A DNA stretch of 12,041 bases from Roseiflexaceae bacterium (GCA_035258585.1 DATFXE010000259.1:1-12041), one strand, 5' to 3'; counted from the first letter of the stretch, positions 1-7,103 are shown. A program made the numbers and translations. Notes: generated from the sequence alone by a model not told the origin.

Positions 1-2
1 GC

Positions 3-410
3 CCCTACCAGGACCGTGGCCCACGCCGTGACGACCGCCCAGCAGATAATCGTGGGTCGCGCCGTGACGACCACTCATTCGATAGCGGCGGTTCACGCCG
101 TGACACAATACGCGGCGGCGCGGGCGATTCGTACAATCGCCCGCGGCCCGAGCAGCCGGATAATGATCCGAACTTGCGCGGAGATAATCGGCCTGAGCCG
201 GGAAACGAGCGTTTGCCGGAGCGGAATTTTCGTGAGGAGAAACGCGGTCCAGGGCGCGAGTGGCACGAGCGCTCCGAGCAGGAGAAGCGCGATCGCCCAG
301 CCATGCGCGTCTCGCGACCTCGCTTTGGCGATCGGAGCGGCACGACCAGGCGTGTTGGCTTCCCATTCCGTCCGCGGCCGCCACGCGACGAGGAGGACGA
401 TAAGCGCTAG
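3..410 (+). CDS. 3' end of an upstream gene (5'-truncated by the window edge). It encodes an Arg/Asp/Glu-rich low-complexity tail with repeated GSRRDD/SRRDT units. This may be the C-terminal extension of a DEAD-box RNA helicase or another RNA-binding protein.
   Basis: Frame 3 is open from the window start to TAG at 408-410. The nucleotide repeat cgccgtgacgacc occurs at 22-34 and 60-72, with a variant at 95-105, and gives the peptide repeats. The composition is charged and RG/RD-rich, typical of disordered RNA-binding tails. No upstream domain is visible. Confidence 0.4.
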   Translation, partial: PYQDRGPRRDDRPADNRGSRRDDHSFDSGGSRRDTIRGGAGDSYNRPRPEQPDNDPNLRGDNRPEPGNERLPERNFREEKRGPGREWHERSEQEKRDRPAMRVSRPRFGDRSGTTRRVGFPFRPRPPRDEEDDKR

Positions 411-432
411 TTCCCAATGGGGAAGTTTATTC

Positions 433-497
433 CACAGTTTGAATAGTGCGTAGTGCGTAGTACACAAGGCTACGCACTACGCACTGTTCAAACTGTG
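433..497. terminator. Long inverted repeat with a 28-bp stem (433-460 pairs with 470-497, one mismatch) and a 9-nt loop tacacaagg. It lies between two convergent genes and is a putative bidirectional transcription terminator or protein-binding palindrome.
   Basis: Read directly: ccacagtttgaatagtgcgtagtgcgtag / ctacgcactacgcactgttcaaactgtg are reverse complements except A/G at one position. Each arm contains the tandem heptamer gtagtgc x2. The + gene ends at 410 and the - gene ends at 529. The stem is AT-rich and no U-tract is present, so this is not a canonical intrinsic terminator. Confidence 0.45.
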
Positions 498-528
498 TAG
501 GGACTTCCGCCACGCCCGACGACAGGTC

Positions 529-1269
529 TTATGTCGTGCTGCGGCGCGAGAAATCGGCGGTCCAGTAGTAGTGGTTGTCGGTCGAATCATCGGCATTATA
601 GCAATAGCCGGCGCCAACCTCGCGCTGATCGGCATCGAGAATGTTGCGGCGATGCCAGCCATCGGGCGGCTCATCCATCCACAGCGCAACTACCGCAGCC
701 GGGTCGGCCAGACCGGCGGCTATGCTCTCGCTCGGCCATTCCCAAGGCGGGTTGGCACCCTCCAGGCGCTGAGCAAGCGTTCGCCCATCGGAGGAGGTGT
801 GCGAGATCATCCCATGTGCGGCCAGATCGCAGCTGTGCGCGCGCGCCGCAGCGCTTAACTCGGGGTTATGTAGATATGGCGGCAGGCCATTCGCAGTGCG
901 CACTTGGTTGATCGAGGCTACCAGTAGCGCCTCCAGCGCTGCTGGATCATCGCCCAGCACTGCGGTCGCCTGTATCAGCGGCGGCGTGGTGGCAGCCTGC
1001 GGAGATGCTGCATCATTCGGTGGAGAAGTGGGCGCACTGGCAGCCGCCACGCCAACAGACAACACAGGCGATGGCGTAGGCGTGAATGGGATGACTCGAT
1101 CCGCAATTGGGTGCTGGACAACCTCAGCGGTTGGCAGCGCGCTGATTGAGGATGTCCCAGCCGGCGTTGCGTTGATCTCGGGCCGAGTCGATGATATGTC
1201 GGAAGGTGTGCCACACGCAACCGATACCTCAACCGCCAGGAACAGGATCAACCAACCACGGATGCGCAC
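529..1269 (-). CDS. Secreted CAP-domain protein (SCP/PR-1/YkwD-like, PF00188 family). It has an N-terminal signal peptide or lipobox-like VACG and a Pro/Thr/Ser/Ala-rich linker.
   Basis: Translation contains the CAP hallmark WMDEPPDGWHRRNIL...EVGAGYCY and the C-terminal YYWTADFS. The N-terminus MRIRGWLILFLAVEVSVACG is hydrophobic. The PTPSP/APTSPP linker is low complexity. Confidence 0.8.
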   Translation of the reverse strand: MRIRGWLILFLAVEVSVACGTPSDISSTRPEINATPAGTSSISALPTAEVVQHPIADRVIPFTPTPSPVLSVGVAAASAPTSPPNDAASPQAATTPPLIQATAVLGDDPAALEALLVASINQVRTANGLPPYLHNPELSAAARAHSCDLAAHGMISHTSSDGRTLAQRLEGANPPWEWPSESIAAGLADPAAVVALWMDEPPDGWHRRNILDADQREVGAGYCYNADDSTDNHYYWTADFSRRSTT

Positions 1270-1283
1270 GATCAGCCTCCTTG

Positions 1284-1862
1284 CTAGCGCGATCCGAAAT
1301 CTTGAGTCCAGTAGTAGCGAAACGGACCGCCGAGCTGGCCGTTATCCATTCGCACATTGGATTGATCGTCCGGCTGCTCGTAATAGCCGACGCCAATCTC
1401 ACGCAACTCACAATTCAGAATGTTTGCTCGATGTTCCGGGCTGGTCATCCAACCGGCGACGACCTCTTCAGGGCTGGCTGGGCCGGCTGCTAGATTCTCG
1501 GCTAGCTGCGCGTAGTTATAGCCCGTCGCCACGATCCGGCTGACCATCGTCGAGCCATCGGAGCCGCTATGGCTGAACAGATTGCCCAGCGCCATATCCT
1601 GGCTGTGCGCGCTGGCGGCGGCAGCTAGCTGCGGCGAGTGCACCAGCGGGATAGGACACCCATGTTGCCGTCGCTGAGCGTTGGTCAGATCAATCACTCG
1701 CTGCTCGATCGAGGGCCCCGCGCGCGACAGCAGCGGCAGATACACGCGGAAACCATTCGACGCGGCGCGCCCGCTCGTCGGCATAATTATAGCCATGCTA
1801 AGCAGGAAGAGAGCGGCAAGCAGGCAGGCCAAACGCAGCATGTAGCAGGCTCGAAGGAGCAT
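1284..1862 (-). CDS. Secreted CAP-domain protein (YkwD-like), a paralog of the downstream gene.
   Basis: Motifs WMTSPEHRANIL, EIGVGYY and C-terminal YYWTQDFGS. It has a hydrophobic N-terminal signal or anchor LACLLAALFLLSMAII. A GGAG RBS (rc of 1868-1871) lies 5 nt upstream of ATG (rc of 1860-1862). Only 14 bp separate it from the next CAP gene, suggesting an operon. Confidence 0.8.
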   Translation of the reverse strand: MLLRACYMLRLACLLAALFLLSMAIIMPTSGRAASNGFRVYLPLLSRAGPSIEQRVIDLTNAQRRQHGCPIPLVHSPQLAAAASAHSQDMALGNLFSHSGSDGSTMVSRIVATGYNYAQLAENLAAGPASPEEVVAGWMTSPEHRANILNCELREIGVGYYEQPDDQSNVRMDNGQLGGPFRYYWTQDFGSR

Positions 1863-1915
1863 GAGATCTCCAAATATGGAGCGGCAAGATCAGCGCGGGT
1901 CGTTCGATGCCCCAG

Positions 1916-1944
1916 ATTATACAAATTTTTAACCATTTGAGCAA
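1916..1944 (-). promoter_or_regulatory. Sigma70-like promoter on the minus strand for the CAP-gene pair: TTGCTC -35 (rc of 1939-1944), 17-nt spacer, TATAAT -10 (rc of 1916-1921).
   Basis: Read on the reverse complement: ttgctcaaatggttaaaaatttgTATAATctgggg. Spacing is 17 nt. The predicted TSS is about 46 nt upstream of the ATG at 1862, and the RBS GGAG follows. Confidence 0.45.
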
Positions 1945-1977
1945 TAGTACACGAGTACCAAGGCGAGGAGCAAACGG

Positions 1978-1986
1978 TGATACAAT
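1978..1986 (+). promoter_or_regulatory. Extended -10 promoter element TGaTACAAT on the + strand, divergent from the CAP promoter, likely driving alkA.
   Basis: ggTGATACAATcagc at 1978-1986 fits TGnTAnAAT. No good -35 is present (ccaagg at the 17-nt position). alkA GTG start is at 2051 with AGGG 6 nt upstream. Confidence 0.35.
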
Positions 1987-2050
1987 CAGCGGAAGGTTTT
2001 GGAGCAACACCAAGCAGTCTATTGGAGAGCCACTCTAGATAGGGTACCGT

Positions 2051-2968
2051 GTGCCACAGACAATATTCTCGCTCGCGCCGCTTGCCCCTTTCCGGCTGGA
2101 CCTGACCGTATGGGCATTGCGCCGGCGTCCGCATAACGCCGTAGATCTTTGGGATGGGCAGACCTACCGTCGGGCCATCGTAGCTGACGACAAACCTATT
2201 GCGATTGAGGTTATTCAGCGTGGCAGTCTCGATACACCGCAGCTCCACGTCACTGCTACAGGTGCTGATGTCTCTCCGGACGGGACAGCGGTCACCAATG
2301 TTCTTCGGCGGCTGCTCGGTTTCGATATTGACCTGACGGCTTTCTATGAATTCGCCGCCTCCGATCAGCATCTCGGTCCCCTGGCATCTCGCTTCCGGGG
2401 CTTTAAGCCGCCGCGCTATGCTACTCTCTTCGAGGCATTACTGAATGGCATCGCCTGCCAGCAAGTAACGCTGAATTTGGGTATCCAGTTGCTCAATCGG
2501 CTTGCAGCTACATGCGGTGTCGCGCTCGCAGATCACAATCCGCCACTGTTTACACTCCCTCAGCCCGAAGGGCTGGCTGAACAGAGTTCTGAGACATTAC
2601 GCTCGTTGGGATTCAGTTGGCAGAAAGCCCAGACCATGCTCGACCTCTCAAGGGCGCACCTTGAGGGAAGATTATCGTTTAACGACCTGGATGCCCTCGA
2701 TAACGAAGCGATCGTCGGCTACTTACGGCAGTTCCGGGGTATCGGCCGCTGGACCGCGGAGTATGTTCTGCTTCGAGGATTGGGTCGGGTCGACGTCTTT
2801 CCGAGTGGCGACTCCGGCGCACGCAACAGCTTGCGGCGATGGCTCGACCTCGATGCCTCACTTGATTATGCGGGTGTTTCTCAAACGATCGACCCGTGGC
2901 GAGCCTATGGAGGGCTGATTTATTTACACCTATTACTCAAGGGAGTGGCTGACGCGCATCCTCTATAG
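2051..2968 (+). CDS. alkA: DNA-3-methyladenine glycosylase II (AlkA-like; AlkA N-terminal domain plus HhH-GPD domain).
   Basis: The helix-hairpin-helix Gly/Pro-rich loop region GIGRWTAEYVLLRGLGRVDVFPSGDSGARNSL contains the catalytic Asp, typical of AlkA. The N-terminal beta-rich AlkA_N-like region and the length of 305 aa also fit. GTG start with AGGG RBS. Confidence 0.85.
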   Translation: MPQTIFSLAPLAPFRLDLTVWALRRRPHNAVDLWDGQTYRRAIVADDKPIAIEVIQRGSLDTPQLHVTATGADVSPDGTAVTNVLRRLLGFDIDLTAFYEFAASDQHLGPLASRFRGFKPPRYATLFEALLNGIACQQVTLNLGIQLLNRLAATCGVALADHNPPLFTLPQPEGLAEQSSETLRSLGFSWQKAQTMLDLSRAHLEGRLSFNDLDALDNEAIVGYLRQFRGIGRWTAEYVLLRGLGRVDVFPSGDSGARNSLRRWLDLDASLDYAGVSQTIDPWRAYGGLIYLHLLLKGVADAHPL

Positions 2969-3080
2969 CAGTTAGGCATGTGGCAGGAGGCAGTAAGCAG
3001 TTGCGTTCTACGCGCTACAATGCGTTTCTCGCCTATGCATGAATGCTCAACTGTTTTGCTATCTGCTCTATAAAGCAGAT

Positions 3081-3668
3081 TCAAGATCCGTTGGCATGAG
3101 CAGCTCTAAAGCAGCCCGCGATATGGTCGTTTACCATCCCCACGCTCTGCATCAAGGCATAGCACATCGTCGGCCCTACGAACGCAAAACCATGCTTACG
3201 CAGGTCTTTGGAGAGCCTAATTGAAAGAGGGGTTTGCGCTGGTATGGCTGCTAAGGTCGCAGGTGGTGGCTGCTGGAGCGGTGCTCCATCGACAAATGAC
3301 CACAGGTACCGATCAAACGTGCCTATCTCCCTCTGCACGTTCAGAAAGCAGCGCGCGTTGCGGATCGTCGCTTCAATTTTCAGCCGATTCCGGATGATGC
3401 CCGTATCAGCCATAAGCCGCTCTACATCCGCAGCTGTGTAGGCAGCAACGCGCTCGACATCCCAGCCATCAAACGCCCGGCGGAAGTTCTCGCGCTTTCG
3501 TAGGATGGTGACCCAGGACAAACCAGCTTGAAAGCTTTCTAACATGAGGCGCTCAAACAGGGCAGCTTCATCGTGGCATGGGATACCCCACTCCTGATCG
3601 TGATAGGCCACCATCAGTGGGTCGGTGGTAGCCCAGCCGCAGCGCATGAATTCAGTGTCGTTGCTCAT
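3081..3668 (-). CDS. tag: DNA-3-methyladenine glycosylase I (Tag).
   Basis: Translation RCGWATTDPLMVAYHDQEWGIPCHDEAALFERLMLESFQAGLSWVTILRKRENFRRAF matches the Tag family signature, including the Zn-binding Cys/His. RBS GGAG sits about 10 nt upstream of ATG. Confidence 0.88.
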   Translation of the reverse strand: MSNDTEFMRCGWATTDPLMVAYHDQEWGIPCHDEAALFERLMLESFQAGLSWVTILRKRENFRRAFDGWDVERVAAYTAADVERLMADTGIIRNRLKIEATIRNARCFLNVQREIGTFDRYLWSFVDGAPLQQPPPATLAAIPAQTPLSIRLSKDLRKHGFAFVGPTMCYALMQSVGMVNDHIAGCFRAAHANGS

Positions 3669-3703
3669 ATCACACTCACTCCATCATCGAAAGGAACGGC
3701 GGT

Positions 3704-3709
3704 ATTATA
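3704..3709 (-). promoter_or_regulatory. Possible -10 hexamer TATAAT (minus strand) for tag, immediately downstream of the pspC terminator.
   Basis: The reverse complement of 3704-3709 is TATAAT. It lies 36 nt upstream of the tag ATG. No recognisable -35 is present because that position overlaps the terminator stem. Confidence 0.25.
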
Positions 3710-3710
3710 A

Positions 3711-3751
3711 CTAACTAAAAAGCGGATGCGCGAGTACACTCACGCATCCGC
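3711..3751 (-). terminator. Rho-independent terminator of the PspC-domain gene: a GC-rich hairpin followed by a U-tract.
   Basis: Minus-strand read: gcggatgcgtgagtgtactcgcgcatccgc followed by TTTTTAGTTAGTT. The stem is 9 bp perfect plus 4 more with one mismatch. It lies 23 nt after the pspC stop at 3774. Confidence 0.65.
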
Positions 3752-3773
3752 CCGAACGATCGGTCCGCAGTCA

Positions 3774-4064
3774 TTACGAATTGAACATCCCGCGTACGCG
3801 CTGCACCATCGACTCAGCTATCGATCGCATCTCATCGACATTCTCGCGCACCTGCTCGCGGGCATCCACGGCGGTGCTGTCCTCGTTGGGCACAAGCAGC
3901 CACAGCGCCAGATAGAGCATGAACCCGAAGCCGTTCAGCAATGCGAGCGCCAGTAGAACGATCCGCACCAGCAGTGGGTCGATATTGAACATTGCGGCCA
4001 GACCGCCGGCCACACCGGCGATCATCCGGTCGTTGCGGCTGCGAACTAAACGCTTGCCCTGCAT
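3774..4064 (-). CDS. PspC-domain membrane protein (phage-shock-protein C family, stress-responsive).
   Basis: N-terminal RLVRSRNDRMIAGVAGGLAAMFNIDPLLVRIVLLALALLNGFGFMLYLALWLLVP is the canonical PspC domain, an amphipathic region plus a TM helix. RBS GAGGTG sits 6 nt upstream of ATG. Confidence 0.75.
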   Translation of the reverse strand: MQGKRLVRSRNDRMIAGVAGGLAAMFNIDPLLVRIVLLALALLNGFGFMLYLALWLLVPNEDSTAVDAREQVRENVDEMRSIAESMVQRVRGMFNS

Positions 4065-4116
4065 AAGTACACCTCATAACATATGTCGGAGCGCGCTTCG
4101 CCTCCGGCAGACTACG

Positions 4117-4136
4117 CGTCGTATATGCCTACGACG
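4117..4136. promoter_or_regulatory. Palindrome CGTCGTA-n6-TACGACG in the divergent pspC/ASCH intergenic region. Candidate operator.
   Basis: Seen directly: cgtcgta tatgcc tacgacg, 7-bp perfect arms. It is located between the divergently transcribed genes and overlaps the likely promoter zone of both. Confidence 0.3.
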
Positions 4137-4151
4137 TGCCAAGGAGCTGGA

Positions 4152-4562
4152 TTGTTGCGAACACACCTCGCGATCATGGTCGAGCCGTATTTGACGCGCG
4201 TGCTGGCGGGCGAGAAGACGATCGAGTCTCGCTTTTCGCGCAGCCGCATTCCTCCATACGGCTGTGTCGCGGCCGGCGACCTGATCTGGCTCAAGCGCGC
4301 GGGCGGGCCAGTGCTGGCCAGCGCGCGGGCATCCGAGGTGCGCCAGTATAGCGGGCTGAGCGGGAAGCAGGTGGATGCGCTGCTGGCGCGCTGGGGTCCC
4401 GAGCTGAATCTAGAAGCAGACTTCGCCGCACGCGCGCGGGAGTGCCGTTACGCCACGCTTATCTGGCTCGGCGAGATCGTTCTGCTGCCGGAGCCGCAAG
4501 CCTACAGGCGGCGTGGCCGGCAAGGGTGGGTGCACGACACCGATTTCCCACGGATTATATAG
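4152..4562 (+). CDS. ASCH-domain protein (PUA-like fold).
   Basis: Translation MVEPYLTRVLAGEKTIESRFS...GDLIWLKRAGG matches the ASCH domain N-terminal motif (GxKTxExR). The likely start is TTG at 4152 or 4155, preceded by AAGGAG at 4141-4146. The six-frame track's ATG at 4083 would overlap the pspC promoter region. The C-terminal codons overlap the left arm of an inverted repeat. Confidence 0.6.
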   Translation: MLRTHLAIMVEPYLTRVLAGEKTIESRFSRSRIPPYGCVAAGDLIWLKRAGGPVLASARASEVRQYSGLSGKQVDALLARWGPELNLEADFAARARECRYATLIWLGEIVLLPEPQAYRRRGRQGWVHDTDFPRII

Positions 4563-4599
4563 ATTGCCGCTGAATAATCCGTGTAATCAGTGGGAAATC
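4542..4599. terminator. Nested inverted repeat between convergent ASCH and ctp genes. Outer 10-bp arms are gatttcccac/gtgggaaatc and inner 7-bp arms are ggattat/ataatcc. Putative bidirectional terminator or binding site.
   Basis: Arms are exact reverse complements. The ASCH stop TAG (4560-4562) sits in the loop. The ctp stop is at 4609-4611. No U-tract on either strand. Confidence 0.4.
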
Positions 4600-4608
4600 C
4601 GCGCCCTA

Positions 4609-5880
4609 CTACTTCCTCGCCACTGCATTCAAGACTTCAAGTGCGCGCACGAGTTGCGCGTCACTGCTATGGAGCAGCGCCTGGGGATCGAGCTGGGCCG
4701 CGTTAGCCGGCGAGAGCGGCACGACATCGGGCGACAGGCTAATCAGTTCATCAGGCTGGACGCCCTTGCCGCGCACGATTTCGCCGTTGGGCGTGAGCCA
4801 CTGAGTCGTTCCGATCCGTACTTGCGCCCCGTCGTCGAGGTTGAACGTCCGCAGTACAGTCGCGGTCCCAAACGTCGGCTCGCCGATCAGCCGCGCGCGC
4901 TTGGCGTCCTTCAGGGCGCCGGCCAGTATCTCCGCTGAGCTGGCGCTGTTGCTGTTCACCAGCACCACCACGGGGATGTCGAGCGCCACGCCGCCGGCCG
5001 CCGTCTTGTAGGGAGTGCGCGAGCCGGAGCGATCCTGTTCGAGCAGCACTGTCGTATCGGCTGGCAAAAACTGGCTGGCCACGCCGATCAGCTCGTTCAC
5101 GTAGCCGCCCGGATTATTGCGCAGGTCGAGCACGATCGAAACGGCGCCCTGCGCCTTGGCATCGGTCAGCGCCTGTTTGACCTCGTCGCCGGCGCGCTCG
5201 GCGAACTGGTTGAGGTGGAGCAGCGCGACCTTGTTTTGCAACATGCGCCAGGAGACGCTCGGCATATTGATATTGGCGCGCGTTATCGTCACATCCTGCG
5301 GCTGAGTATCGCCGGCGTGCTGAATCGTCAGCGTGACGCGGGTGCCTTTCGGGCCGCGCACGCGATTGCGCAGCTCCGAGACGCTGATACCGTGGACATC
5401 CTCGCCGTTAATCTTGAGGATCAGATCGTTTGGGCGCAGGCCGGCCTGCTCAGCCGGCGAGCCCTCGATCGGCTGGATGATCAGCGGCTGTCCATCCTTG
5501 ACATCGATATAGGCGCCGATCCCCTCGAAATGACCGGAGAGCTCTTCACGCTCGGCCTTGGCCACATCCGGCGGCAGGTAGCGGGTATGGCCGACATCGC
5601 CAAGGCTGTCGAGCATACCCTCGATCGCGCCATCGGTCATCTTCTTTGGATCGGCGGCGGCAGGATCGACATATTCGTTGCGCGCGAGATCCCAGGTCTT
5701 CCAAAAATTCTCGAAGCTCGTGCAGACTTCGGGCGCTTCGGGGCAGGGGCTAGGAGCCTTGAACCACAGCGTCCCGAAATAGCCGCCGCCGAGGCCGATG
5801 ACCAACGTCAGGCCCAGCATCGGCATGATCAGCCAGATCGGCAGCTGAATGCGCAATAATCGTGAAAAAAACTCTCGCAT
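4609..5880 (-). CDS. ctpA: C-terminal processing peptidase (S41 family, tail-specific protease) with an N-terminal membrane anchor and a PDZ domain.
   Basis: PDZ region GIGAYIDVKDGQPLIIQPIEGSPAEQAGLRPNDLILKINGEDV. S41 catalytic region LVNSNSASSAEILAGALKD...RLIGEPTFGTATV with the Ser/Lys dyad context. N-terminal TM helix. Confidence 0.88.
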   Translation of the reverse strand: MREFFSRLLRIQLPIWLIMPMLGLTLVIGLGGGYFGTLWFKAPSPCPEAPEVCTSFENFWKTWDLARNEYVDPAAADPKKMTDGAIEGMLDSLGDVGHTRYLPPDVAKAEREELSGHFEGIGAYIDVKDGQPLIIQPIEGSPAEQAGLRPNDLILKINGEDVHGISVSELRNRVRGPKGTRVTLTIQHAGDTQPQDVTITRANINMPSVSWRMLQNKVALLHLNQFAERAGDEVKQALTDAKAQGAVSIVLDLRNNPGGYVNELIGVASQFLPADTTVLLEQDRSGSRTPYKTAAGGVALDIPVVVLVNSNSASSAEILAGALKDAKRARLIGEPTFGTATVLRTFNLDDGAQVRIGTTQWLTPNGEIVRGKGVQPDELISLSPDVVPLSPANAAQLDPQALLHSSDAQLVRALEVLNAVARK

Positions 5881-5905
5881 CTTTTATTCTCGGGCGTAAG
5901 CCCTG

Positions 5906-5947
5906 GTTGTCAATGGTCAGTTGTCAGTGATCAGTTGTCAGTCGTGG
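5906..5947. repeat. Tandem heptamer array (period 7, consensus GTNRTCA; also readable as about 3 copies of a 14-mer GTTGTCAGTGATCA) in the fmt-ctp intergenic region, in the ctp 5' region.
   Basis: gttgtca atggtca gttgtca gtgatca gttgtca gtcgtgg. The 14-mers at 5906-5919 and 5920-5933 are 12/14 identical. The array contains TGATCA and TTGACA-like (minus strand) motifs. Confidence 0.5.
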
Positions 5948-5965
5948 CCGGCAACTGCTCGATCT

Positions 5966-5974
5966 GTAGTATAC
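5966..5974 (-). promoter_or_regulatory. Possible extended -10 promoter TGgTATACT (minus strand) inside the fmt-ctp spacer, which would give ctp its own transcript with a roughly 90-nt leader containing the heptamer array.
   Basis: The reverse complement of 5966-5974 is TGGTATACT (TGnTAnAnT). No -35 is present. The alternative is read-through from fmt. Confidence 0.3.
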
Positions 5975-6011
5975 CATTGTGGCGCAAGGGATGGGATGAG
6001 TGGATGGTTAG

Positions 6012-6950
6012 TTACTCGCCTAAGCGCGCGTCCTCGATCTCCCGCAGGCCGCGCCGCCAATCGGCGGCGCCAAGCTGGCGCTTGCCGGATGGCTGGACGG
6101 TCAGCAGCTCCAGGGCGCCCGCCCCTGTTGCCACCCAGACCCCTTGATCCTCCCGCAGCAGCGTGCCCGGCGCCGCCGCGCCTGTCCATTCGGGGTGCGC
6201 GCGCGCGGCAATGATCTTGAATGGCTGGCCGCGCCAGCTGGTCTGCGCGCCGGGCCAGGGCTGGTACGCGCGGGTCATTCGCTCGATGTGGACGGCGTCG
6301 GCGCTCCAATCGATCGCGCCATCTTCCTTCTTCAGCATCTTCGTGTAGGTCGCCTGGCTATCATCCTGGGGGCTGGGCGTCAGCTGGCCCTCAGCGTAGC
6401 GCGCCAGCGATTCAAGCAGCAGCGCCGAGCCGATCCTGAACAGCGCCTCGGTCAACTCGTCGCTGCGTGCGTCGGGGGGCAGGGGCACGCGCTGCTGCGC
6501 CAGGATCGGGCCGCTGTCCATCTTGGCGTCCAGCAGGATCACCGTCACACCTGTCTCTGTATCGCCCGCCAGGATGGCGCCGGGCACCGGCGTGGGCCCG
6601 CGGTGGCGCGGCAGCAGCGAGGGGTGAATATTCACATAGCCGAGCGGCGGAATGGCCAGCACGTTCTTGCGCAGGATCTCGCCGTATGCCGCTACGACAC
6701 CTACATCTGGATGCAGCGCCGCCAACTGCTCGACCGCGGCCGGGTCGCGCAGCGTCTCGGGCTGGAACACCGGAATGCCCAACCGGATGGCCACACGCTT
6801 GACCGGAGGCGGCTCGGGGGCGCGCCCACGCCCAAATGGCCGATCCGGCTGTGTCACAACACCCACGACCTCGTAGCGCGGATCGGTGGCCAGCGCCTCA
6901 AGCGGGATAGCCGCGAACTCCGGCGTGCCAAGAAAGATGACTCGGATCAC
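6012..6950 (-). CDS. fmt: Methionyl-tRNA formyltransferase.
   Basis: N-terminal IRVIFLGTPEFA, the formyltransferase core HPSLLPRHRGPTPV (N/H/D catalytic context), and the C-terminal Fmt domain. I place the start at GTG (rc of 6948-6950), giving MIRVIFLGTPEF, with GGGAGAG RBS 5 nt upstream. The six-frame track's ATG at 6977 would overlap that RBS. Confidence 0.88.
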   Translation of the reverse strand: MIRVIFLGTPEFAAIPLEALATDPRYEVVGVVTQPDRPFGRGRAPEPPPVKRVAIRLGIPVFQPETLRDPAAVEQLAALHPDVGVVAAYGEILRKNVLAIPPLGYVNIHPSLLPRHRGPTPVPGAILAGDTETGVTVILLDAKMDSGPILAQQRVPLPPDARSDELTEALFRIGSALLLESLARYAEGQLTPSPQDDSQATYTKMLKKEDGAIDWSADAVHIERMTRAYQPWPGAQTSWRGQPFKIIAARAHPEWTGAAAPGTLLREDQGVWVATGAGALELLTVQPSGKRQLGAADWRRGLREIEDARLGE

Positions 6951-7036
6951 AATATCTCTCCCACTGTCGAGCTTCAAATCTTACGCCGGTCCCGGTCAAA
7001 AGCTGTTACACCCGCGGCAGTACCGTCGTCGATGCC

Positions 7037-7051
7037 TCTGTTCCGAACAGA
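7037..7051. promoter_or_regulatory. Palindrome TCTGTTC-c-GAACAGA upstream of fmt (minus) and upstream of the ADH promoter (plus). Candidate operator.
   Basis: 7-bp perfect arms with a 1-nt centre. The same half-sites CTGTTCC/GGAACAG form the stem at 10396-10435. Confidence 0.3.
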
Positions 7052-7103
7052 AAAGCCAAATACCGCTGCGAAAACCGAGCCTATGAACACATGTCAGACA
7101 CTA

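Noticed and set aside
93-467. 124-aa minus-strand ORF at the left end.
   Set aside because: It spans the 28-bp inverted repeat and the antisense of the R/D-rich tail ORF, and shows no start context or domain.
797-1543. 248-aa + strand ORF. Similar antisense ORFs occur at 5215-5859 (antisense to ctp), 10451-11290 (antisense to the GGDEF gene) and 1787-2371 (overlapping the alkA start and promoter).
   Set aside because: All lie antisense to, or overlap, well-supported genes. They have no motifs and no RBS. They are high-GC shadow ORFs.
3061-3080. Hairpin ATCTGCT-ctataa-AGCAGAT immediately after the tag stop codon.
   Set aside because: A 7-bp AT-rich stem with no U-tract on either strand. It is too weak to call a terminator and is noted only as a possible 3'-end structure.
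2969-3080. TACAAT hexamer (3016-3021) in the alkA-tag convergent spacer, considered as a possible antisense promoter.
   Set aside because: There is no downstream gene on that strand, no -35 and no TG extension. It is likely a chance hexamer.
459-3739. The heptamer AGTACAC recurs at 459-465, 1946-1952 and 3733-3739, each inside or near a palindrome or promoter.
   Set aside because: Only three occurrences of a 7-mer. This is weakly above expectation for an AT-containing word in GC-rich DNA and is insufficient to claim a motif.
5906-5947. Could the heptamer or 14-mer arrays be a CRISPR array?
   Set aside because: Units are 7-14 nt with no unique spacers, and only 3-6 copies occur. No cas genes are present. 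These are simple tandem repeats, not CRISPR.
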